From: the human T2T-CHM13v2.0 reference genome, Homo sapiens
NCBI RefSeq assembly: GCF_009914755.1
Contig: NC_060942.1
DNA: 64,000 nt
Strand: one strand, 5' to 3'
Shown here: positions 52,989 to 64,000 of the stretch, one piece after another
Numbering within the stretch: the stretch's first letter is position 1
Layout: every line of letters begins with the position of its first letter
Notes under the pieces: generated by a model
What the model saw: only the letters and a program-made list of their open reading frames with translations
Database searches by the model: none
What the model was told of the DNA's origin: nothing
Made by a program: the position numbers and the translations under genes

Positions 52989-55698
52989 CATTCTCAGAAA
53001 CTAGTTTCTGATGTGTGTCCTCAACTAACACAGTTGAACATTTCTTTAGACAGAACAGTTTTGAAACACTCTTTTTGTGGAATCTGCAAGTGGCTATTTG
53101 GCTAGATTTGAGGATTTCGTTGGAAACGGGATTACATATAAAAAGCAGTCAGCAGCATTCTCAGAAAGTTCTTTGTGATGATTGCATTCAAGTCACAGAA
53201 TTGAACATTCCCTTTCACAGAGCAGGTTTGAAACACTCTTTTTGTAGTGTGTGTAAGTGGACATTTGGAGCACTTACCGGCCTAAGGTGAAAAAGGAAAT
53301 ATCTTCCCATAAAAACTAGACAGAAGCATTCTCAGAAACTTACTCGTGATGTGTGTCCTCAACTAAAGGAGTAGAACCTTTCTTTTCATAGAGAAGTTTT
53401 GAAACGCTCTTTTTGTGGAATCTGCAAGTGGATATTTGGCTAGTTTTGAGGATTTCGTTGGAAGCGGGAATTCATACAAATTGCAGACTGCAGCGTTCTG
53501 AGAAACATCTTTGTGATGTTTGTATTCAGGACACAGAGTTGAACATTCCCTATCATAGAGCAGGTTGGAATCACTCCTTTTGTAGTATCTGGAAGTGGAC
53601 ATTTGGAGCGCTTTCAGGCCTATGTTGGAAAAGGAAATATCTTCCCATAACAACTAGACAGAAGCATTCTCAGAAACTTATTTGAGATGTGTGTACTCAA
53701 CTAAGAGAATTGAACCACCGTTTTGAAGGAGCAGTTTTGAAACTCTCTTTTTCTGGAATCTGCAAGTGGATATTTGGCTAGCTTTGGGGATTTCGCTGGA
53801 AGCGGGAATACATATAAAAAGCACACAGCAGCGTTCGGAGAAACTGCTTTCTGATGTTTGCATTCAAGTCAAAAGTTGAACACTCCCTTTCATAGAGCAG
53901 TCTTGAAACACCCCTTTTGTAGTATCTGGAACTGGACTTTTGGAGCGATTTCAGGGCTAAGGTGAAAAAGGAAATATCTTCCCATAAAAACTGGACAGAA
54001 GCATTCTCAGAAACTTGTTTATGCTGTATCTACTCAACTAACAAAGTTGAACCTTTCTTTTGATAGAGCAGTTTTGAAATGGTCTTTTTGTGGAATCTGC
54101 AAGTGGATATTTGGCTAGTTTTGAGGATTTCGTTGGAAGCGGGAATTCATACAAATTGCAGACTGCAGCGTTCTGAGAAACATCTTTGTGATGTTTGTAT
54201 TCAGGACACAGAGTTGAACATTCCCTATCATAGAGCAGGTTGGAATCACTCCTTTTGTAGTATCTGGAAGTGGACATTTGGAGCGCTTTCAGGCCTATGT
54301 TGGAAAGGGAAATATCTTCCCATAACAACTAGACAGAAGCATTCTCAGAAACTTATTTGAGATGTGTGTACTCAACTAAGAGAATTGAACCACCGTTTTG
54401 AAGGAGCAGTTTTGAAACTCTCTTTTTCTGGAATCTGCAAGTGGATATTTGGCTAGCTTTGGGGATTTCGCTGGAAGCGGGAATACATATAAAAAGCACA
54501 CAGCAGCGTTCTGAGAAACTGCTTTCTGATGTTTGCATTCAAGTCAAAAGTTGAACACTCCCTTTCATAGAGCAGTCTTGAAACACCCGTTTTGTAGTAT
54601 CTGGAACTGGACTTTTGGAGCGATTTCAGGGCTAAGGTGAAAAAGGAAATATCTTCCCATAAAAACTGGACAGAAGCATTCTCAGAAACTTGTTTATGCT
54701 GTATCTACTCAACTAACAAAGTTGAACCTTTCTTTTGATAGAGCAGTTTTGAAATGGTCTTTTTGTGGAATCTGCAAGTGGATATTTGGCTAGTTTTGAG
54801 GATTTCGTTGGAAGCGGGAATTCATACAAATTGCAGACTGCAGCGTTCTGAGAAACATCTTTGTGATGTTTGTATTCAGGACACAGAGTTGAACATTCCC
54901 TATCATAGAGCAGGTTGGAATCACTCCTTTTGTAGTATCTGGAAGTGGACATTTGGAGCGCTTTCAGGCCTATTTTGGAAAGGGAAATATCTTCCCGTAA
55001 CAACTATGCAGAAGCATTCTCAGAAACTTGTTTGTGATGTGTGCCCTCTACTGACAGAGTTGAACCTTTCTTTTCATAGAGCAGTTTTGAAACACTCTTT
55101 TTGTAGAATCTGCAAGAGGATATTTGCATAGCTTTGAGGATTTCGTGGGAAACGGGATTGTCTTCAGGTAAAATCTAGACAGAAGCATTCTCAGAAACTT
55201 CTTTGGGATGTTTGCATTCAAGTCACAGAGTAGAACATTCCCTTTGGTAGAGCAGGTTTGAAACACTCTTTTTGTAGTATCTGGAAGTGGACATTTGGAG
55301 CGCTTTCAGGCCCATGTTGGAAAGGGAAATATCTTCCCGTAACAACTAGGCAGAAGCATTCTCAGAAACTTATTTGAGATGTGTGTACTCAACTAAGAGA
55401 ATTGAACCACCGTTTTGAAGGAGCAGTTTTGAAACACTCTTTTTCTGGAATCTGCAAGAGTATATTTGCCTAGCCTTGAGGATTTCGTTGGAAACGGGAT
55501 TGTCTTCAGAGAAAATCTAGACAGAAGCATTCTCAGAAACTTCTTTGGGATGTTTGCATTCAAGTCACAGAGTAGAACATTCCCTTTGGTAGAGCAGGTT
55601 TGAAACACTCTTTTTGTAGTATCTGGAAGTGGACATTTGGAGCGCTTTCAGGCCTACGTTGGAAAAGGAAATATCTTCCCATAACAACTAGACAGAAG
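52989..55698 (+). repeat. 16-mer HOR variant (2710 bp)
   Basis: Anchor spacing 53015 to 55725; duplicated M5 ORFs at 53678 and 54353. Confidence 0.96.
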
Positions 55699-58600
55699 CA
55701 TTCTCAGAAACTAGTTTCTGATGTGTGTCCTCAACTAACACAGTTGAACATTTCTTTAGACAGAACAGTTTTGAAACACTCTTTTTGTGGAATCTGCAAG
55801 TGGCTATTTGGCTAGATTTGAGGATTTCGTTGGAAACGGGATTACATATAAAAAGCAGTCAGCAGCATTCTCAGAAAGTTCTTTGTGATGATTGCATTCA
55901 AGTCACAGAATTGAACATTCCCTTTCACAGAGCAGGTTTGAAACACTCTTTTTGTAGTGTGTGTAAGTGGACATTTGGAGCACTTACCGGCCTAAGGTGA
56001 AAAAGGAAATATCTTCCCATAAAAACTAGACAGAAGCATTCTCAGAAACTTACTCGTGATGTGTGTCCTCAACTAAAGGAGTAGAACCTTTCTTTTCATA
56101 GAGAAGTTTTGAGACGCTCTTTTTGTGGAATCTGCAAGTGGATATTTGGCTAGTTTTGAGGATTTCGTTGGAAGCGGGAATTCATACAAATTGCAGACTG
56201 CAGCGTTCTGAGAAACATCTTTGTGATGTTTGTATTCAGGACACAGAGTTGAACATTCCCTATCATAGAGCAGGTTGGAATCACTCCTTTTGTAGTATCT
56301 GGAAGTGGACATTTGGAGCGCTTTCAGGCCTATGTTGGAAAAGGAAATATCTTCCCATAACAACTAGACAGAAGCATTCTCAGAAACTTATTTGAGATGT
56401 GTGTACTCAACTAAGAGAATTGAACCACCGTTTTGAAGGAGCAGTTTTGAAACTCTCTTTTTCTGGAATCTGCAAGTGGATATTTGGCTAGCTTTGGGGA
56501 TTTCGCTGGAAGCGGGAATACATATAAAAAGCACACAGCAGCGTTCTGAGAAACTGCTTTCTGATGTTTGCATTCAAGTCAAAAGTTGAACACTCCCTTT
56601 CATAGAGCAGTCTTGAAACACCCCTTTTGTAGTATCTGGAACTGGACTTTTGGAGCGATTTCAGGGCTAAGGTGAAAAAGGAAATATCTTCCCATAAAAA
56701 CTGGACAGAAGCATTCTCAGAAACTTGGTTATGCTGTATCTACTCAACTAACAAAGTTTAACCTTTCTTTTGATAGAGCAGTTTTGAAATGGTCTTTTTG
56801 TGGAATCTGCAAGTGGATATTTGGCTAGTTTTGAGGATTTCGTTGGAAGCGGGAATTCATACAAATTGCAGACTGCAGCGTTCTGAGAAACATCTTTGTG
56901 ATGTTTGTATTCAGGACACAGAGTTGAACATTCCCTATCATAGAGCAGGTTGGAATCACTCCTTTTGTAGTATCTGGAAGTGGACATTTGGAGCGCTTTC
57001 AGGCCTATTTTGGAAAGGGAAATATCTTCCCGTAACAACTATGCAGAAGCATTCTCAGAAACTTGTTTGTGATGTGTGCCCTCTACTGACAGAGTTGAAC
57101 CTTTCTTTTCATAGAGCAGTTTTGAAACACTCTTTTTGTAGAATCTGCAAGAGGATATTTGCATAGCTTTGAGGATTTCGTGGGAAACGGGATTGTCTTC
57201 AGGTAAAATCTAGACAGAAGCATTCTCAGAAACTTCTTTGGGATGTTTGCATTCAAGTCACAGAGTAGAACATTCCCTTTGGTAGAGCAGGTTTGAAACA
57301 CTCTTTTTGTAGTATCTGGAAGTGGACATTTGGAGCGCTTTCAGGCCCATGTTGGAAAGGGAAATATCTTCCCGTAACAACTAGGCAGAAGCATTCTCAG
57401 AAACTTATTTGAGATGTGTGTACTCAACTAAGAGAATTGAACCACCGTTTTGAAGGAGCAGTTTTGAAACACTCTTTTTCTGGAATCTGCAAGAGTATAT
57501 TTGCCTAGCCTTGAGGATTTCGTTGGAAACGGGATTGTCTTCAGAGAAAATCTAGACAGAAGCATTCTCAGAAACTTCTTTGGGATGTTTGCATTCAAGT
57601 CACAGAGTAGAACATTCCCTTTGGTAGAGCAGGTTTGAAACACTCTTTTTTTAGTATATGGAAGTGGACATTTGGAGCGCTTTCAGGCCTACGTTGGAAA
57701 AGGAAATATCTTCCCATAACAACTAGACAGAAGCATTCTCAGAAACTAGTTTCTGATGTGTGTCCTCAACTAACACAGTTGAACATTTCTTTAGACAGAA
57801 CAGTTTTGAAACACTCTTTTTGTGGAATCTGCAAGTGGCTATTTGGCTAGATTTGAGGATTTCGTTGGAAACGGGATTACATATAAAAAGCAGTCAGCAG
57901 CATTCTCAGAAAGTTCTTTGTGATGATTGCATTCAAGTCACAGAATTGAACATTCCCTTTCACAGAGCAGGTTTGAAACACTCTTTTTGTAGTGTGTGTA
58001 AGTGGACATTTGGAGCACTTACCGGCCTAAGGTGAAAAAGGAAATATCTTCCCATAAAAACTAGACAGAAGCATTCTCAGAAACTTACTCGTGATGTGTG
58101 TCCTCAACTAAAGGAGTAGAACCTTTCTTTTCATAGAGAAGTTTTGAAACGCTCTTTTTGTGGAATCTGCAAGTGGATATTTGGCTAGTTTTGAGGATTT
58201 CGTTGGAAGCGGGAATTCATACAAATTGCAGACTGCAGCGTTCTGAGAAACATCTTTGTGATGTTTGTATTCAGGACACAGAGTTGAACATTCCCTATCA
58301 TAGAGCAGGTTGGAATCACTCCTTTTGTAGTATCTGGAAGTGGACATTTGGAGCGCTTTCAGGCCTATGTTGGAAAAGGAAATATCTTCCCATAACAACT
58401 AGACAGAAGCATTCTCAGAAACTTATTTGAGATGTGTGTACTCAACTAAGAGAATTGAACCACCGTTTTGAAGGAGCAGTTTTGAAACTCTCTTTTTCTG
58501 GAATCTGCAAGTGGATATTTGGCTAGCTTTGGGGATTTCGCTGGAAGCGGGAATACATATAAAAAGCACACAGCAGCGTTCGGAGAAACTGCTTTCTGAT

Positions 58601-61600
58601 GTTTGCATTCAAGTCAAAAGTTGAACACTCCCTTTCATAGAGCAGTCTTGAAACACCCCTTTTGTAGTATCTGGAACTGGACTTTTGGAGCGATTTCAGG
58701 GCTAAGGTGAAAAAGGAAATATCTTCCCATAAAAACTGGACAGAAGCATTCTCAGAAACTTGTTTATGCTGTATCTACTCAACTAACAAAGTTGAACCTT
58801 TCTTTTGATAGAGCAGTTTTGAAATGGTCTTTTTGTGGAATCTGCAAGTGGATATTTGGCTAGTTTTGAGGATTTCGTTGGAAGCGGGAATTCATACAAA
58901 TTGCAGACTGCAGCGTTCTGAGAAACATCTTTGTGATGTTTGTATTCAGGACACAGAGTTGAACATTCCCTATCATAGAGCAGGTTGGAATCACTCCTTT
59001 TGTAGTATCTGGAAGTGGACATTTGGAGCGCTTTCAGGCCTATTTTGGAAAGGGAAATATCTTCCCGTAACAACTATGCAGAAGCATTCTCAGAAACTTG
59101 TTTGTGATGTGTGCCCTCTACTGACAGAGTTGAACCTTTCTTTTCATAGAGCAGTTTTGAAACACTCTTTTTGTAGAATCTGCAAGAGGATATTTGCATA
59201 GCTTTGAGGATTTCGTGGGAAACGGGATTGTCTTCAGGTAAAATCTAGACAGAAGCATTCTCAGAAACTTCTTTGGGATGTTTGCATTCAAGTCACAGAG
59301 TAGAACATTTCCTTTGGTAGAGCAGGTTTGAAACACTCTTTTTGTAGTATCTGGAAGTGGACATTTGGAGCGCTTTCAGGCCCATGTTGGAAAGGGAAAT
59401 ATCTTCCCGTAACAACTAGGCAGAAGCATTCTCAGAAACTTATTTGAGATGTGTGTACTCAACTAAGAGAATTGAACCACCGTTTTGAAGGAGCAGTTTT
59501 GAAACACTCTTTTTCTGGAATCTGCAAGAGTATATTTGCCTAGCCTTGAGGATTTCGTTGGAAACGGGATTGTCTTCAGAGAAAATCTAGACAGAAGCAT
59601 TCTCAGAAACTTCTTTGGGATGTTTGCATTCAAGTCACAGAGTAGAACATTCCCTTTGGTAGAGCAGGTTTGAAACACTCTTTTTTTAGTATACGGAAGT
59701 GGACATTTGGAGCGCTTTCAGGCCTACGTTGGAAAAGGAAATATCTTCCCATAAAAACTAGACAGAAGCATTCTCAGAAACTAGTTTCTGATGTGTGTCC
59801 TCAACTAACACAGTGGAACATTTCTTTAGACAGAACAGTTTTGAAACACTCTTTTTGTGGAATCTGCAAGTGGCTATTTGGCTAGATTTGAGGATTTCGT
59901 TGGAAACGGGATTACTTATAAAAAGCAGTCAGCAGCATTCTCAGAAAGTTCTTTGTGATGATTGCATTCAAGTCACAGAATTGAACATTCCCTTTCACAG
60001 AGCAGGTTTGAAACACTCTTTTTGTAGTGTGTGTAAGTGGACATTTGGAGCGCTTTCCGGCCTAAGGTGAAAAAGGAAATATCTTCCCATAAAAACTAGA
60101 CAGAAGCATTCTCAGAAACTTACTCGTGATGTGTGTCCTCAACTAAAGGAGTAGAACCTTTCTTTTCATAGAGAAGTTTTGAAACGCTCTTTTTGTGGAA
60201 TCTGCAAGTGGATATTTGGCTAGTTTTGAGGATTTCGTTGGAAGCGGGAATTCATACAAATTGCAGACTGCAGCGTTCTGAGAATCATCTTTGTGATGTT
60301 TGTATTCAGGACACAGAGTTGAACATTCCCTATCATAGAGCAGGTTTGAATCACTCCTTTTGTAATATCTGGAAGTGGACATTTGGAGCGCTTTCAGGCC
60401 TATGTTGGAAAAGGAAATATCTTCCCATAACAACTAGACAGAAGCATTCTCAGAAACTTATTTGAGATGTGTGTACTCAACTAAGAGAATTGAACCACCG
60501 TTTTGAAGGAGCAGTTTTGAAACACTCTTTTTCTGGAATCTGCAAGTGGATATTTGGCTAGCTTTGGGGATTTCGCTGGAAGCGGGAATACATATAAAAA
60601 GCACACAGCAGCGTTCTGAGAAACTGCTTTCTGATGTTTGCATTCAAGTCAAAAGTTGAACACTCCCTTTCATAGAGCAGTCTTGAAACACCCCTTTTGT
60701 AGTATCTGGAACTGGACTTTTGGAGCGATTTCAGGGCTAAGGTGAAAAAGGAAATATCTTCCCATAAAAACTGGACAGAAGCATTCTCAGAAACTTGTTT
60801 ATGCTGTATCTACTCAACTAACAAAGTTGAACCTTTCTTTTGATAGAGCAGTTTTGAAATGGTCTTTTTGTGGAATCTGCAAGTGGATATTTGGCTAGTT
60901 TTGAGGATTTCGTTGGAAGCGGGAATTCATACAAATTGCAGACTGCAGCGTTCTGAGAAACATCTTTGTGATGTTTGTATTCAGGACACAGAGTTGAACA
61001 TTCCCTATCATAGAGCAGGTTGGAATCACTCCTTTTGTAGTATCTGGAAGTGGACATTTGGAGCGCTTTCAGGCCTATTTTGGAAAGGGAAATATCTTCC
61101 CGTAACAACTATGCAGAAGCATTCTCAGAAACTTGTTTGTGATGTGTGCCCTCTACTGACAGAGTTGAACCTTTCTTTTCATAGAGCAGTTTTGAAACAC
61201 TCTTTTTGTAGAATCTGCAAGAGGATATTTGCATAGCTTTGAGGATTTCGTGGGAAACGGGATTGTCTTCAGGTAAAATCTAGACAGAAGCATTCTCAGA
61301 AACTTCTTTGGGATGTTTGCATTCAAGTCACAGAGTAGAACATTCCCTTTGGTAGAGCAGGTTTGAAACACTCTTTTTGTAGTATCTGGAAGTGGACATT
61401 TGGAGCGCTTTCAGGCCCATGTTGGAAAAGGAAATATCTTCCCGTAACAACTAGGCAGAAGCATTCTCAGAAACTTATTTGAGATGTGTGTACTCAACTA
61501 AGAGAATTGAACCACCGTTTTGAAGGAGCAGTTTTGAAACACTCTTTTTCTGGAATCTGCAAGAGTATATTTGCCTAGCCTTGAGGATTTCGTTGGAAAC

Positions 61601-64000
61601 GGGATTGTCTTCAGAGAAAATCTAGACAGAAGCATTCTCAGAAACTTCTTTGGGATGTTTGCATTCAAGTCACAGAGTAGAACATTCCCTTTGGTAGAGC
61701 AGGTTTGAAACACTCTTTTTTTAGTATATGGAAGTGGACATTTGGAGCGCTTTCAGGCCTACGTTGGAAAAGGAAATATCTTCCCATAACAACTAGACAG
61801 AAGCATTCTCAGAAACTAGTTTCTGATGTGTGTCCTCAACTAACACAGTTGAACATTTCTTTAGACAGAACAGTTTTGAAACACTCTTTTTGTGGAATCT
61901 GCAAGTGGCTATTTGGCTAGATTTGAGGATTTCGTTGGAAACGGGATTACATATAAAAAGCAGTCAGCAGCATTCTCAGAAAGTTCTTTGTGATGATTGC
62001 ATTCAAGTCACAGAATTGAACATTCCCTTTCACAGAGCAGGTTTGAAACACTCTTTTTGTAGTGTGTGTAAGTGGACATTTGGAGCGCTTTCCGGCCTAA
62101 GGTGAAAAAGGAAATATCTTCCCATAAAAACTAGACAGAAGCATTCTCAGAAACTTACTCGTGATGTGTGTCCTCAACTAAAGGAGTAGAACCTTTCTTT
62201 TCATAGAGAAGTTTTGAAACGCTCTTTTTGTGGAATCTGCAAGTGGATATTTGGCTAGTTTTGAGGATTTCGTTGGAAGCGGGAATTCATACAAATTGCA
62301 GACTGCAGCGTTCTGAGAAACATCTTTGTGATGTTTGTATTCAGGACACAGAGTTGAACATTCCCTATCATAGAGCAGGTTTGAATCACTCCTTTTGTAG
62401 TATCTGGAAGTGGACATTTGGAGCGCTTTCAGGCCTATGTTGGAAAAGGAAATATCTTCCCATAACAACTAGACAGAAGCATTCTCAGAAACTTATTTGA
62501 GATGTGTGTACTCAACTAAGAGAATTGAACCACCGTTTTGAAGGAGCAGTTTTGAAACACTCTTTTTCTGGAATCTGCAAGTGGATATTTGGCTAGCTTT
62601 GGGGATTTCGCTGGAAGCGGGAATACATATAAAAAGCACACAGCAGCGTTCTGAGAAACTGCTTTCTGATGTTTGCATTCAAGTCAAAAGTTGAACACTC
62701 CCTTTCATAGAGCAGTCTTGAAACACCCCTTTTGTAGTATCTGGAACTGGACTTTTGGAGCGATTTCAGGGCTAAGGTGAAAAAGGAAATATCTTCCCAT
62801 AAAAACTGGACAGAAGCATTCTCAGAAACTTGTTTATGCTGTATCTACTCAACTAACAAAGTTGAACCTTTCTTTTGATAGAGCAGTTTTGAAATGGTCT
62901 TTTTGTGGAATCTGCAAGTGGATATTTGGCTAGTTTTGAGGATTTCGTTGGAAGCGGGAATTCATACAAATTGCAGACTGCAGCGTTCTGAGAAACATCT
63001 TTGTGATGTTTGTATTCAGGACACAGAGTTGAACATTCCCTATCATAGAGCAGGTTGGAATCACTCCTTTTGTAGTATCTGGAAGTGGACATTTGGAGCG
63101 CTTTCAGGCCTATTTTGGAAAGGGAAATATCTTCCCGTAACAACTATGCAGAAGCATTCTCAGAAACTTGTTTGTGATGTGTGCCCTCTACTGACAGAGT
63201 TGAACCTTTCTTTTCATAGAGCAGTTTTGAAACACTCTTTTTGTAGAATCTGCAAGAGGATATTTGCATAGCTTTGAGGATTTCGTGGGAAACGGGATTG
63301 TCTTCAGGTAAAATCTAGACAGAAGCATTCTCAGAAACTTCTTTGGGATGTTTGCATTCAAGTCACAGAGTAGAACATTCCCTTTGGTAGAGCAGGTTTG
63401 AAACACTCTTTTTGTAGTATCTGGAAGTGGACATTTGGAGCGCTTTCAGGCCCATGTTGGAAAAGGAAATATCTTCCCGTAACAACTAGGCAGAAGCATT
63501 CTCAGAAACTTATTTGAGATGTGTGTACTCAACTAAGAGAATTGAACCACCGTTTTGAAGGAGCAGTTTTGAAACACTCTTTTTCTGGAATCTGCAAGAG
63601 TATATTTGCCTAGCCTTGAGGATTTCGTTGGAAACGGGATTGTCTTCAGAGAAAATCTAGACAGAAGCATTCTCAGAAACTTCTTTGGGATGTTTGCATT
63701 CAAGTCACAGAGTAGAACATTCCCTTTGGTAGAGCAGGTTTGAAACACTCTTTTTTTAGTATATGGAAGTGGACATTTGGAGCGCTTTCAGGCCTACGTT
63801 GGAAAAGGAAATATCTTCCCATAAAAACTAGACAGAAGCATTCTCAGAAACTAGTTTCTGATGTGTGTCCTCAACTAACACAGTTGAACATTTCTTTAGA
63901 CAGAACAGTTTTGAAACACTCTTTTTGTGGAATCTGCAAGTGGCTATTTGGCTAGATTTGAGGATTTCGTTGGAAACGGGATTACATATAAAAAGCAGTC
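55699..64000 (+). repeat. Four canonical 12-mer HORs plus the start of a fifth
   Basis: Anchors at 55725, 57760, 59795 and 61830; the next M1 begins at 63839. Confidence 0.96.

Larger units (their letters stand above)
1..64000 (+). repeat. Centromeric alpha-satellite higher-order repeat array (head-to-tail ~171-bp monomers)
   Basis: Every 167-171 bp the monomer start CATTCTCAGAAA/CGTTCTGAGAAA recurs with alphoid motifs (TTTGAAACACTCTTTTTGT, GGAATCTGCAAGTGGATATTTG). Identical pseudo-ORFs recur at 2035 or 2709/2710 bp spacing from end to end. No non-alphoid sequence was seen. Confidence 0.99.
1..64000 (+). repeat. D18Z1: Probable human chromosome 18 active HOR array (SF2 dimeric family, 12-mer)
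   Basis: The unit is a 12-mer of 2035 bp with strict alternation of CENP-B-box and non-box monomers. GAATTC sites in M3 and M7 give 675-bp and 1360-bp EcoRI fragments, matching the classical ~0.68/1.36-kb chromosome 18 alphoid fragments. Based on recalled literature; no database search was run. Confidence 0.85.

Noticed and set aside
118-63955. About 200 short ORFs (60-125 aa) on both strands
   Set aside because: They are the same few translations recurring with the HOR period, overlapping on opposite strands, with no recognisable domains. They are typical spurious alpha-satellite translations.
1-64000. CRISPR-like or other repeat-spacer system, or a novel gene system
   Set aside because: There are no unique spacers and no associated genes; all intervening sequence is itself repeated alphoid monomer.
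1-64000. Transposon (L1/Alu) insertion or inversion
   Set aside because: All inter-anchor distances are 2034/2035 or 2709/2710 bp, leaving no room for an insertion. CENP-B boxes stay on the same strand throughout, and no poly-A tails were seen.

Overview
The whole 64 kb is one uninterrupted, single-orientation array of primate centromeric alpha-satellite DNA (monomers of 167-171 bp). It contains no genes, transposon insertions or inversions that I can see. The base unit is a 2035-bp 12-monomer higher-order repeat (HOR) with a CENP-B box in every second monomer and two EcoRI sites giving 675 + 1360 bp fragments. This best fits the human chromosome 18 active array D18Z1 (suprachromosomal family 2); the assignment is from recall, not a search. 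Monomers are numbered M1-M12 here by my own convention, with M1 starting at 12300. Between 2138 and 63838 there are 28 complete units: 21 12-mers and 7 16-mers (2709/2710 bp, carrying an extra 675-bp 4-mer). A 6-monomer deletion junction lies at the window start. All listed ORFs are recurring satellite translations. I found no new gene system. The interesting signal is the recombination record: two apparently separate 16-mer lineages, nested super-repeats (4070 and 6779/6780 bp), long-range copies (offsets 10850, 14920 and 18990 bp), a probable conversion tract, and amplified CENP-B box knockouts.
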